Shown here: positions 1 to 8,484 of the stretch, one piece after another | Position numbering within the stretch: position 1 is the first letter of the stretch | Layout: each line of letters starts with the position of its first letter | Assembly: GCA_046754465.1 (NCBI GenBank) | Contig: JBHHVU010000018.1 | Location: 1 to 48,823 of the forward strand | Direction of reading: 5' to 3' | Origin: Nitrospinaceae bacterium | Lineage (GTDB): Bacteria > Nitrospinota > Nitrospinia > Nitrospinales > VA-1 | Length of the DNA stretch: 48,823 nt | Program-made: the position numbers and the translations under genes | Notes under the pieces: model-generated | What the model was told of the DNA's origin: nothing | Seen by the model: the letters and a program-made list of their open reading frames with translations, nothing else | The model's database searches: none

Positions 1-521
1 TGGTACTGTTCCTGGTACTGGCTTTGATGGGCGTTGGCGTTGCCGCCAAAAGCTCGGGAGTTGCCACCATGAGCCCTGGCATTGCCGCCGTACCCATTGC
101 CGCCTTTACCGCCCAAAGCCCGGGCGTTGCCGCCGGCCCCGCCGGCTCCACCCTTAGCTCTGGCTCGCGACCGGGAATTGTTGTTGACATTGGTCCGGGC
201 GGCGGAATCGCGAATGCCATCCGCCAAAAGATACGCCGAACCCACCATGGCCGCGGGCTGCAGTAACGACGTAACCCAACCGCTGGTGGAGGTATGAAAG
301 AGGCCAAGCTGTTGACAGTGTTCCTTCCCGCTTTCGGATCCAGGTTGGATACATTTTTCCACCAATGCGATCGTGTAACCGGGTCTGATTGCGTTCGAGT
401 TCCCCAACTCGGTGACCCGGACGCTACTGCCATCGCTATTCGTATGGGCGTACTGGGTGGTCGCCGCACAGCCGGTCATCCAAAGGGAAATCAAAAGCAA
501 AACTGAAAACCTCATTTTCAT
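1..521 (-). CDS. Gly-rich lipoprotein, 3'-truncated by the window edge (not in the ORF track)
   Basis: Manual translation from ATG 521: MKMRFSVLLLISLWMTGC (lipobox)...KGGAGGAGGNARALGGKGGNGYGGNARAHGGNSRAFGGNANAHQSQYQEQY. The frame is open to position 1 and a GGGGG RBS-like run lies upstream. Confidence 0.8.
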   Translation of the reverse strand, partial: MKMRFSVLLLISLWMTGCAATTQYAHTNSDGSSVRVTELGNSNAIRPGYTIALVEKCIQPGSESGKEHCQQLGLFHTSTSGWVTSLLQPAAMVGSAYLLADGIRDSAARTNVNNNSRSRARAKGGAGGAGGNARALGGKGGNGYGGNARAHGGNSRAFGGNANAHQSQYQEQY

Positions 522-593
522 CACAGCCCCCTGCTTGAATTGATTTAAATTTAGAACCGGCATCGAGTCCTTATGGGTTAGTTAATATATTGA

Positions 594-647
594 AGTATAA
601 GGCGTTGGTGTTGAAGTCGGGTTAAGCTTGAGTTACAGGTGTGTCAA
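594..647 (-). promoter_or_regulatory. Four 11-bp-periodic hexamers plus a -10 box (OmpR/PhoB-type activated promoter)
   Basis: Minus strand reads TTGACA-N5-GTAACT-N5-TTAACC-N5-TCAACA-N9-TATACT, upstream of the Gly-rich lipoprotein. Confidence 0.55.
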
Positions 648-874
648 ACGTGGAGTGGCTTGAAAACGATTTTTGGAGGACCGGGGGAGACCCCCGGGAA
701 CAGGGTGTCCGTTTTTCAGAGCATTTATACGGGGGTGTTCCGTGAAGACGGTGGGATTTTTTTCCGGAATGGAAATCTTTCCGGTGGGGGACAAGATGCG
801 GGCGGGAGGGGATTCAGCCTGCGGAGGCACTCCGCGTTCGAGGTGTTATTGAAAGGATGGGGACCCCGGAGCCG

Positions 875-1579
875 TTATTCCGACGCTCCCAAATCCCTGA
901 GGAACATGACCATGTTCAGGTTATTGGATTCAGTGGCAAAATCCAGGGCGGTATAGCCATGGGCTCGCAAATTCAGGTTGGCCCCGTACTTGAGGAGAAT
1001 CACGACGACCTTCATCGCCGTTTCCAATCTTTCCCATTGGGACAAACCGGCGGGGTCCGCCCCCTTTCCGGTTACCATCATGAGCGGGGTGAATTTTCCA
1101 TAACACATTTTATTGGGGTTGGCGCCTTTTTCCAGCAAAAACTCCACCCACTCTTGAGTGTCCTCGATGGAACGGATATCTTTTTTGCTCGAAAGGAAAT
1201 TGGATAATACGGTGCACAAAGGTGTTTTCCCGCCTACATCTTCATCCTCTTCTTCCTTTAATAGGGGACCGATCTGATCCATGTTAATATCCGCCCCTTT
1301 CTCCAACAGGTATTGAAACATTTCCTTGTTCCTGTCCAAGGCCACCTGATTCAGATAATGGCCTCCGTTGATACGGGCGCCATGGGTCAACAAGGAATTG
1401 ATTTCATTTTTGTCCGCATCGTGGATCGCCTGGTAAAAAACCTTATCCAGGTTGAAGGCCTCCAGGGAGAGCGGCCCACCCAAAACCCAAGTCAACAGGA
1501 TGAAGGCCGGAAAGAAGATGACCCCTCGCCCCGGACTCGAAAAAATTTTTATTTTAAAAAAATGATTCCCAGTGACCAC
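875..1579 (-). CDS. Exported ankyrin-repeat protein
   Basis: N-terminal hydrophobic signal. Ankyrin motifs LLTHGARIN, LLEKGADIN, GKTPL, LLEKGANPN, TPLM, GYTALDFA. GTG start with GGAGGGG RBS. Confidence 0.85.
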   Translation of the reverse strand: MVTGNHFFKIKIFSSPGRGVIFFPAFILLTWVLGGPLSLEAFNLDKVFYQAIHDADKNEINSLLTHGARINGGHYLNQVALDRNKEMFQYLLEKGADINMDQIGPLLKEEEDEDVGGKTPLCTVLSNFLSSKKDIRSIEDTQEWVEFLLEKGANPNKMCYGKFTPLMMVTGKGADPAGLSQWERLETAMKVVVILLKYGANLNLRAHGYTALDFATESNNLNMVMFLRDLGASE

Positions 1580-1684
1580 TGATTCCCCTCCTTTAATTCA
1601 TCACCGTTTGCCCGGTGACCCTTGCAGGAATTCCGAAGAAACCTCATGTAATATCCACGGTTGGTGCAACTGGATATTAAATTA

Positions 1685-1700
1685 AGCAATATGCTTGCCA
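1685..1700 (-). promoter_or_regulatory. sigma54 (-24/-12) promoter for the ankyrin gene
   Basis: Minus strand TGGCAAGCATATTGCT against consensus TGGCAC-N5-TTGCW, with exact GG-N10-GC spacing. Confidence 0.75.
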
Positions 1701-1783
1701 AAGGTGAGTCCCGCCCCATCGACCCGAAAAATCGTTTAAATATATGGGATTATAGGAAGGGATGGCAGGGTGATTCGCCGGCA

Positions 1784-1799
1784 GTATGAAATTTCATAC
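1784..1799. promoter_or_regulatory. Perfect 16-bp palindrome, candidate enhancer-binding-protein site (UAS)
   Basis: GTATGAAATTTCATAC, about 85 bp upstream of the sigma54 -24 box. Confidence 0.55.
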
Positions 1800-2012
1800 A
1801 CCGGTTCCCTTAATTTGCCGTAAATTGAGGCCGGGAAAGGTATTGACCGGAACCAGGGCAAGAGAATTATTAGCGCCAATGCGGGCCGGGTTTTGGCCCC
1901 TGGGCTGGTGCCTGGCAGGTGTTCGCGGCGAATGGGAAAGAGAAAAACCAGGATGATTTTGAGGGTTGGGAAAGCGGGTCCCTTATTGAGAAAATGATTT
2001 TTCTTCGGACCC

Positions 2013-2035
2013 GGGACCCATCGAAATCGGGTCCC
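2013..2035 (-). terminator. Hairpin immediately after the 85-aa ORF
   Basis: GGGACCC-N9-GGGTCCC. No clear U-tract. Confidence 0.35.
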
Positions 2036-2036
2036 T

Positions 2037-2294
2037 TTACTGTTTGAGTATTTTTTCCCGATATCTTATGGCAAAGTCTAGGACTTGGAATAAATCCGCG
2101 AATCCTTCTTGCCTGGCGAATTGGGAGATCGTTTCCAATGAGTCTTTTCGGGCTATGGCTTTCGCCGTTTTGGAAGTTTCATGGATTGATTTTTCAGTAT
2201 CGTGCAGCAACTTATCTATGGCAAAATGAAACTTCTTTATATCCAGCGGCCAGTCGTAATTGCCCCAAAATTCCGCGACGGGTCTGTTCCCCAT
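2037..2294 (-). CDS. Hypothetical protein, 85 aa, helical and charged
   Basis: AAGGA RBS upstream of the ATG, natural composition, co-oriented downstream of the 62-aa ORF. Confidence 0.65.
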   Translation of the reverse strand: MGNRPVAEFWGNYDWPLDIKKFHFAIDKLLHDTEKSIHETSKTAKAIARKDSLETISQFARQEGFADLFQVLDFAIRYREKILKQ

Positions 2295-2384
2295 AAGATT
2301 TTATCCTTAACGATTGGGGTTTCGGCCATCACGCCGTGGAAACGAATTTCCCAACGGCCGCACCCATCTTGGCGGTTGGCGGGA

Positions 2385-2573
2385 TCAGCCCGCGCGATAA
2401 TAGGAGGTCTGTTCGCAGTCGGCAAATTCGTTGTCAAAGTAAATAATCTGTTCCCGGTCCCGTTTGGAAAGCATGGAGTTGAGGGCCATTATCTGCCTTC
2501 TTTCCAGTTCATCTGGGGTGATGACTTTGGTCAGGTTTCCAGTGGCGTCGAATACTTTAACTTCGTAATGCAT
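2385..2573 (-). CDS. Hypothetical small protein, 62 aa (MHYEVKVFDATGNLTKVITPDEL...)
   Basis: A strong AGAGGAGG RBS precedes ATG 2573, so the track's start at 2669 is likely wrong. Confidence 0.75.
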   Translation of the reverse strand: MHYEVKVFDATGNLTKVITPDELERRQIMALNSMLSKRDREQIIYFDNEFADCEQTSYYRAG

Positions 2574-2611
2574 AACCAACCTCCTCTTTAAAGAAAGGTT
2601 CAATTCAGCTT

Positions 2612-2729
2612 GGTTTCGGATTCCGCGGAAACCTCCTGCCCGACGAGGGGTACCGGGTGGAGGAGACATTTTCCGTCTTGGCAGGAAGTGTCCGCTTTGA
2701 ATCCAAACCCCATAACTGACATCGTTATG
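2612..2729 (-). ncRNA. Structured RNA element (5' leader or sRNA), family not recognised
   Basis: Nested pairings GGTTT/AAACC, GGATTC/GAATCC, GCGGA/TCCGC, ACTTCCTGCC/GGCAGGAGGT (one G-U on the minus strand) and GACG/CGTC, plus a 5' hairpin CATAAC/GTTATG. Confidence 0.55.
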
Positions 2730-2739
2730 TGATGATCTT

Positions 2740-2796
2740 ATTTTGCCGAATCAATATTAAGAATTGGTCAAGGCTATGTAACACTTTGTTAACATT
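2740..2796 (-). promoter_or_regulatory. OmpR/PhoB-type tandem-repeat promoter, copy A
   Basis: Minus strand GTTAAC-N5-GTTACA-N5-TTGACC-N5-TTAATA-N9-CAAAAT. Positions 2753-2796 are 35/44 identical to 4769-4812. Confidence 0.65.
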
Positions 2797-2894
2797 CCCA
2801 AGCCGGGAAAAAACCGGGGGATGGCCCATAAGGGTCAATTTGCCAAGTGGTTGGGCGGCATCCGGTTTTCGGTTTCAATGAAAGGGGGAAGATT

Positions 2895-3065
2895 ATGGGG
2901 GAGGAAAATCAAAGCCGGGACAAACAAATCGATCTGAAGGAAATCGTTGTATCGAACATTTGCGCCATCGATTCTCTTGTGGAACTTCTCGAGGAAAAGG
3001 GGATTCTGACTCGGCGGGAATTTCTGGATCGGGTGAATAGAAGAAAAGCGCAACGCCAATCCTGA
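2895..3065 (+). CDS. Hypothetical small protein, 56 aa, with an LVELLEEKGILTRREF helical motif
   Basis: AGGGGG RBS before ATG 2895, followed by a strong hairpin. Confidence 0.7.
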   Translation: MGEENQSRDKQIDLKEIVVSNICAIDSLVELLEEKGILTRREFLDRVNRRKAQRQS

Positions 3066-3106
3066 GGGATTCCCGTTCCCTGCGTCAGGCCTTGCGGGTA
3101 AAAATC

Positions 3107-3132
3107 AGCCGGTTTTCCAGGGAAAACCGGCT
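3107..3132. terminator. Probable (bidirectional) intrinsic terminator
   Basis: AGCCGGTTTTCC-AG-GGAAAACCGGCT perfect inverted repeat between convergent genes. Confidence 0.65.
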
Positions 3133-3276
3133 TTCAACAAAGCAGTGGGGTGAGTCTTGAGTTTAAAGGGCCGCGGAGATTCTCCAGGGTTTCTTTCTGC
3201 AAGCCTGGATGCCACAAGGGATCTTCCCCGGCAATGCTGGCGGGTTTATCTTCGGTCTGTTCCTGCCTGGAATGGA

Positions 3277-3684
3277 TTAAGGGTGCCCATGATCCTGCTG
3301 GACGTCGGCATCCCAATTCACGCTGGCGGGACACCACTGCCAGATCCCCAACGTGATGATTCGCGTCAACCCGGCGGGGAAGCATCCTGTCCGGTTCACC
3401 TCCACCTTCCGATTGATCAATTTGTTGGAATTCCCGCATTTGTTCAGATACTGGTCCGCTTCGATCTCATTAAGGTCCGCATGGGGAACAAAAAAGGCGA
3501 CAATGGGAACCGGGAGAACCGCGATCGAAGAATCATCCACTCCTTCACTTCCGGAGCAATGGCTCACCGGCTCGTTCGTTTGGCTGACACGGTCATTCAC
3601 CAGCGTCGTCGTGCAGCCTGCCAGGAACCCAAGGGCAATAATCAGAAACCCGGAAAGGTAGGGAATTTTTCGGGATATCTTCAT
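3277..3684 (-). CDS. Bor/Iss-like outer-membrane lipoprotein
   Basis: Lipobox LAGC. The C-terminal C-G...KVEV...GL..ITLGIW pattern resembles lambda Bor/Iss (ITLGIY). Confidence 0.65.
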   Translation of the reverse strand: MKISRKIPYLSGFLIIALGFLAGCTTTLVNDRVSQTNEPVSHCSGSEGVDDSSIAVLPVPIVAFFVPHADLNEIEADQYLNKCGNSNKLINRKVEVNRTGCFPAGLTRIITLGIWQWCPASVNWDADVQQDHGHP

Positions 3685-4121
3685 AAACTTCCTCTAAAGT
3701 TATAGTGAATAAAGAAAATCTCTTTCGCCCAACTTCTCTTTCGTGGACGGTTCAGGACGCCTGGGCCTTCCCAGGACCCAGGGAATCTTTATCAATAGCG
3801 GTGAAAAATTGAGAATTGGAACGGCAACGGAGTTTCAAAAATTGTAACGATTTTGGAAAATCGGACACCTCGTTTTTGTCATGAACTTCGGGAAATTTGT
3901 CATCGACCGCGATGGAACGGGAATAAGCCAAAAGGGGTGAAGCCCGCATTGACTCTGCATTTCACCGCTTTCGGTATGAAAGGGAAGTTGGCATTTTCGC
4001 GATCGGCTATTATAATGATACCTTAATGGGAAGGGATAAGGAAAGTAATTATGCGAAGATTGCGGAAAGGATTTTCCAGCCGAACACGAATTTCCCGCGT
4101 CCGCCGGGGTGAGGTGGGGGA

Positions 4122-4334
4122 ATGAAAAAACTTTTCATGATTTTGATGCTGTTCCTGGTTACGGGGTGCGCGTTCAATGCCAACGACTGGGAACCGAGGG
4201 ATGAGGGATTGATTTTTGCGGTCAAGCGTTGCCGGACCGAGACCATCCAGCGCGCACCCATGCTCGGTCCGGTGTGGTATTTGAGTAAGGATTTTGCCCC
4301 CTGCATGAAAAACCGGGGTTATTATAAAAAATAA
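4122..4334 (+). CDS. Small lipoprotein, 70 aa
   Basis: MKKLFMILMLFLVTGC lipobox, two further Cys (C...CMKNRGY), GAGGTGGGGG RBS. Confidence 0.75.
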   Translation: MKKLFMILMLFLVTGCAFNANDWEPRDEGLIFAVKRCRTETIQRAPMLGPVWYLSKDFAPCMKNRGYYKK

Positions 4335-4485
4335 AACCGGCTCCCTGGCGGTCCTTCCAATTTCGCCTGACCAGGCCATTCAGAAAGAAAACGCGGGGAA
4401 ACTCTGGAATGATCCCGCCCTGCATCCAACCGGGATTTTTCTTCCACGGCTCACCTCCCCTGCCTGCAAAGGAATTCTTTCCCGT

Positions 4486-4749
4486 TCAGCGGTGGTTCAT
4501 CCTCGCGAGCCACAAATTCAATTTTCCGGCCCCGGCCCTGCAGCTCAAGTATATTGAACGCCACAACAAACGCATGCCGACTCTGCGCCAATGCATGACC
4601 TCTATCCACCGGGTCCGCGATAATATTTTGTCCATTTCTTGGGTTAACGCCGCTGATCTCATTTTCTTGTCCTCGAATGGGAGTGAAGCAGGTTGCATCG
4701 TTCCGATGCTGCGTGGCAAACTCTCCTTATCCTTGCGCATCGTTTCCAT
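4486..4749 (-). CDS. Hypothetical basic protein, 87 aa, possibly leaderless
   Basis: The ORF fills the gap divergent from tnaA, and its ATG sits 6 nt after a putative -10 of promoter copy B. Confidence 0.45.
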   Translation of the reverse strand: METMRKDKESLPRSIGTMQPASLPFEDKKMRSAALTQEMDKILSRTRWIEVMHWRRVGMRLLWRSIYLSCRAGAGKLNLWLARMNHR

Positions 4750-4755
4750 GGATGC

Positions 4756-4812
4756 AGGATCTCATGGTAGTATTAAGAACAGATCAAGAGTTTGTAACGG
4801 TTTGTTAACATT
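4756..4812 (-). promoter_or_regulatory. OmpR/PhoB-type tandem-repeat promoter, copy B
   Basis: Minus strand GTTAAC-N5-GTTACA-N5-TTGATC-N5-TTAATA-N9-GATCCT. 35/44 identical to copy A. Confidence 0.65.
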
Positions 4813-4862
4813 AATGGACCGGGCTTCATCGATGCGGGAGGATCATTAACCCAGGAGGGATT

Positions 4863-6239
4863 ATGCATACCATCATCGAGCCGTTTCGGATCAAAATGAC
4901 AGAGCCGGTTCCCATCACCACCCGGGCTCAAAGGGAGCAATGGCTTCGGGAAGCTCACTACAATGTGTTTCTTCTTTCCGCCGACCAAATCACGATCGAT
5001 CTGTTGACGGACAGCGGGACCGGGGCGATGTCCGACCACCAATGGGCCGCCCTCATGCGGGGAGATGAAAGTTATGCTGGGAGCGCCTCCTGGAAACGGT
5101 TTCAGGCGACGATCCAGGAAATCACCGGGTTCAAGCATGTGTTCCCCATTCATCAAGGCCGGGCCGGGGAGCGTATCCTCGCCCAAACGCGTTTGAAACC
5201 CGGAGATGTTGTTCCCAATAACGGCCATTTCGATACCACCCGCGCCAATTTCGAATATGTGGGAGCCCGGGCGGTCGACCTCGTCATCGATGAAGGAAAA
5301 ATCCCCTCCCTGGAACACCCCTTCAAGGGAAATATGGATGTGGAACAACTCAAGCGGCTGATCGGGCAAACCGGACCGGAAAAAATTCCCTTCGCCATGC
5401 TCACCATCACCAACAATTCCTTTGGCGGCCACCCCGTTTCGCTGGAAAATATCCGGGCGGTGAAAAAAGTGTTGGCCGGTTCTGGAGTTCCCCTGGTCCT
5501 GGATGCGGCCCGGTTCGCGGAAAACGCCTATTTCATTTTTGCAAGGGAACCCGGTTATTCCGGTAGGCCGCTCAAGGAGATCGCCCGGGAAATTTTTTCC
5601 CATGCCGACGCGGCCGTCATGAGCGCCAAGAAAGACGGCTTGGCCAATATTGGCGGATTTTTCGCCTGCCAGGATGATCAATGGGCGGAGGATTTTAAAA
5701 ACATGCTTATCCTGACCGAGGGCTTCCCCACCTATGGCGGACTGGCGGGCAGGGACCTGGAAGTGATCGCCGTCGGGTTGCTGGAAGCGTTGGAGAAGGA
5801 TTACCAAATTTACCGGCACGCTACCGTGGAATACATGGGCCGGAAACTGGAACGGATAGGAATCCCCTTTGTCCGTCCCGTGGGCGGACACGCCATTTTT
5901 CTCGATGCCGGGGAATTCTTTTCGTCCGAAAAACGGTCCCGGTACCCGGGGATCGGCCTCGTCAATGAAATCTACCTGGAAGGGGGTGTCCGGGCGGTGG
6001 AACTGGGATCGGTGATGTTCGGTAAAATCGATCCACGGACCGGCGAGGAATCACCGGCGCCGTCCGAACTTGTCCGCCTGACCTTTCCCAGGAGGGTGTA
6101 TACCCAGAGCCATTTCGATTATGTGGGGGAAGTCCTGAAGGAAGTCTGGAAGAAACGCGATAAAATCCCCGCTTACCGGATTACACGGCAATCCCCGTTT
6201 CTGCGCCATTTTTCGGCCCACTTTTCGGTGGAGGATTGA
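4863..6239 (+). CDS. tnaA: Tryptophanase (PLP beta-eliminating lyase)
   Basis: EPFRIK, DLLTDSGT, HQGR, MSAKKD (PLP Lys), EGFPTYGGL, PRRVYT. C-terminal LRHF has the His of tryptophanase, where tyrosine phenol-lyase has LRFF. Confidence 0.85.
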   Translation: MHTIIEPFRIKMTEPVPITTRAQREQWLREAHYNVFLLSADQITIDLLTDSGTGAMSDHQWAALMRGDESYAGSASWKRFQATIQEITGFKHVFPIHQGRAGERILAQTRLKPGDVVPNNGHFDTTRANFEYVGARAVDLVIDEGKIPSLEHPFKGNMDVEQLKRLIGQTGPEKIPFAMLTITNNSFGGHPVSLENIRAVKKVLAGSGVPLVLDAARFAENAYFIFAREPGYSGRPLKEIAREIFSHADAAVMSAKKDGLANIGGFFACQDDQWAEDFKNMLILTEGFPTYGGLAGRDLEVIAVGLLEALEKDYQIYRHATVEYMGRKLERIGIPFVRPVGGHAIFLDAGEFFSSEKRSRYPGIGLVNEIYLEGGVRAVELGSVMFGKIDPRTGEESPAPSELVRLTFPRRVYTQSHFDYVGEVLKEVWKKRDKIPAYRITRQSPFLRHFSAHFSVED

Positions 6240-6490
6240 TATCGTGGGTGTGGAGCGGAATTTCTGGGAACCCCCCTGCCGTTCCAGACGGGCCACCCCC
6301 CGGTCGACCCCGCTTCCACGTTTGAATAAACTTTCCCCATGCGTGTCTCCAACCAGACAGGATTGGGGAATGCCGCCAACCCGGATATTGCATGGACCAA
6401 GATAAAGGTCTCACACGGATTTCACGATCCGGTAATAATTTCATTCATGCGATATGCGCAATAATTGACCCGCGCGTTCCCGAAGGAAGG

Positions 6491-7066
6491 GTGTGGCGAT
6501 GGGCCGTCCTGGCCCTGGCGGCCGGCTGGCTGGTTTGGCTCACGCCGGTTTTCGCGGATCCGGTGATCCAGCGTCACCCCAACGGCAAGGTGAGTCTCGA
6601 AGGTAACGTGGATGAAAACGGCCTGCCCCATAAAATTATCCGGAAATACAATAAAAACGGCCAACTGATCTCTGAAAAAAACTACAACCACGGCCAACTG
6701 GAGGGGATGAGCAAACTGTATTATCCGAACGGACAGTTGATGACCGTATGGAGTTACAGGGACGGCCAACGGGAAGGACCCAGCCGGGGATATTACCAGA
6801 ACGGCAAATTGAAGGACAAGGGGTTTTATAAAGAGGATAAACTCGATGGCCCGGTCCAGTTGTATTACCGGAACGGCAGGGTGAAGGCGGAAATGAATTT
6901 TAAAAAGGGCCGGCAGGAAGGCGCCTCCAAAACTTACACCCAGGAGGGGAATCTTGAATTCATTTATACCTATCGAAAGGGAAGATTGATCAATCGAAAA
7001 ACGTTTGATTCCCAGGGAAAACTTGTGCTGGACCAGGATTATCCCACCCAACAGGTGCTCCCGTGA
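6491..7066 (+). CDS. Exported MORN-variant repeat protein (YwqK-like)
   Basis: Repeats of YYxNGxL...Y..G..EG. GTG 6491 with a GAAGGAAGG RBS gives a clean signal peptide ending VFA-D. Confidence 0.85.
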   Translation: MWRWAVLALAAGWLVWLTPVFADPVIQRHPNGKVSLEGNVDENGLPHKIIRKYNKNGQLISEKNYNHGQLEGMSKLYYPNGQLMTVWSYRDGQREGPSRGYYQNGKLKDKGFYKEDKLDGPVQLYYRNGRVKAEMNFKKGRQEGASKTYTQEGNLEFIYTYRKGRLINRKTFDSQGKLVLDQDYPTQQVLP

Positions 7067-7179
7067 TAGGCCGGTGGGGCCGGCCCGGGAGGACCTCCCC
7101 CCCCTTATTTTCGCGGTCCTCGCTGACCCTGAGGTATTCCCCGCTCCCGGCGGGAAATAGGATATAATGAGGGTATCTT

Positions 7180-8481
7180 ATGAAACCGCGTGTTTATCAA
7201 ATCACTCACCAGGCACCCTCAAAAAAGACCGCGATCCTTGTGGGTGTCCAGATGCCTCACAACGGCTCGGTTCCCCTGGAAACCTCGTTGGAGGAGTTGA
7301 AGGGGCTCGTGGCGACCGCCCATTACCACTCGGCGGCAACCCTGACCCAGAAGCTGGATGCCATCCATCCGAAAACCCTTTTGGGAAGCGGAAAAGTCGA
7401 GGAACTCCTGAGGGCCGTCCAACATCATCATCCCGATGCGGTGGTCTTCGATGACGATCTTTCACCCGCACAAAACCGGAACCTGGAGCATATCCTCAAA
7501 TGCCGGGTGGTGGACCGGTCGTGGCTGATTCTGGAAATATTCCAGGAGCACGCACGCACCCGGGAGGCGAAAACCCAGGTCGAGTTGGCACGTCTGAAAT
7601 ACGCTCTGCCGAGGTTGACACGGTTGTGGGGCCATCTTTCCCGGCAGCGCGGCGGAATCGGATTGAGGGAGGTGGGGGAAACCCAGATCCAGTTGGACCG
7701 GCGCCTCATCCGCGATCAAATCCACAAGCTGGAGCGCAAGCTGAAGAAGATCGACCGCGAAAAAATAACCCAGCGGAAGAGCCGCCGGGGAATGTACCGG
7801 GTCGCCCTATTCGGATACACCAACGTCGGCAAATCCACCCTCATGAATCTCCTGACCGGCGCCGATACCCTCGTGGAGGATAAACTATTCGCTACCCTGG
7901 ATGCAACCACGCGCCGCATCAGAAAAAATTTCCCCTATCCCGTGCTTCTGGCGGATACGGTGGGTCTCATCGATAAACTGCCCCACGACCTCGTCGCTTC
8001 CTTCAAAAGCACGCTCGACGAAATCCGGGAAGCGGACCTGATTCTCAAGGTCGTGGATTTCAGCCATCCCAATTATGGCAGGCAAATGCAAACCGCCGCC
8101 GATGTCCTCAATCAGCTCGGTGCCAGTGCCATCGACTCCATCCTCGTTTTCAATAAAATCGACCGCATCACCGATCCCGATCTCTTGCGGGATGCCGAGT
8201 ATTTGTACCCGGATTCGGTTTTCATTTCATCCCTCACCGGTCAGGGCCTCGACGGCTTGAGGCAAAAAATCATCCAGTGCTACGAAAACCGGCTGGCGTT
8301 TTATACCCTGGATCTCGATTATGGAAACGCGAAAATGATTTCCGCAATCCGCAAGCAGGCCATTGTGGTCAAGGAAGATTACCAGCCGGAGAAGATCAGC
8401 CTCAGCCTGAGGCTTCCGCCCGGCGGCAAACAGAGGCTGGAGAGGCTGCTCCAGCGGAACGGCTGCCTGGTTGCCCCCTGA
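7180..8481 (+). CDS. hflX: Ribosome-associated GTPase HflX
   Basis: GSGKVEEL, ILEIF..HART.EAK.QVELA, GYTNVGKST, LFATLD, DTVG, NKID. Confidence 0.95.
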   Translation: MKPRVYQITHQAPSKKTAILVGVQMPHNGSVPLETSLEELKGLVATAHYHSAATLTQKLDAIHPKTLLGSGKVEELLRAVQHHHPDAVVFDDDLSPAQNRNLEHILKCRVVDRSWLILEIFQEHARTREAKTQVELARLKYALPRLTRLWGHLSRQRGGIGLREVGETQIQLDRRLIRDQIHKLERKLKKIDREKITQRKSRRGMYRVALFGYTNVGKSTLMNLLTGADTLVEDKLFATLDATTRRIRKNFPYPVLLADTVGLIDKLPHDLVASFKSTLDEIREADLILKVVDFSHPNYGRQMQTAADVLNQLGASAIDSILVFNKIDRITDPDLLRDAEYLYPDSVFISSLTGQGLDGLRQKIIQCYENRLAFYTLDLDYGNAKMISAIRKQAIVVKEDYQPEKISLSLRLPPGGKQRLERLLQRNGCLVAP

Positions 8482-8484
8482 GTT

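Noticed and set aside
2612..2709. SRP RNA or 6S RNA assignment for the long hairpin
   Set aside because: No SRP domain-IV motif (CAGG...GGAA...AGCAG), and it is too short with no central bubble for 6S.
6491..7066. Toxin-antitoxin role for the YwqK-like MORN protein
   Set aside because: It has a signal peptide and no adjacent toxin gene. The family label alone is not evidence.
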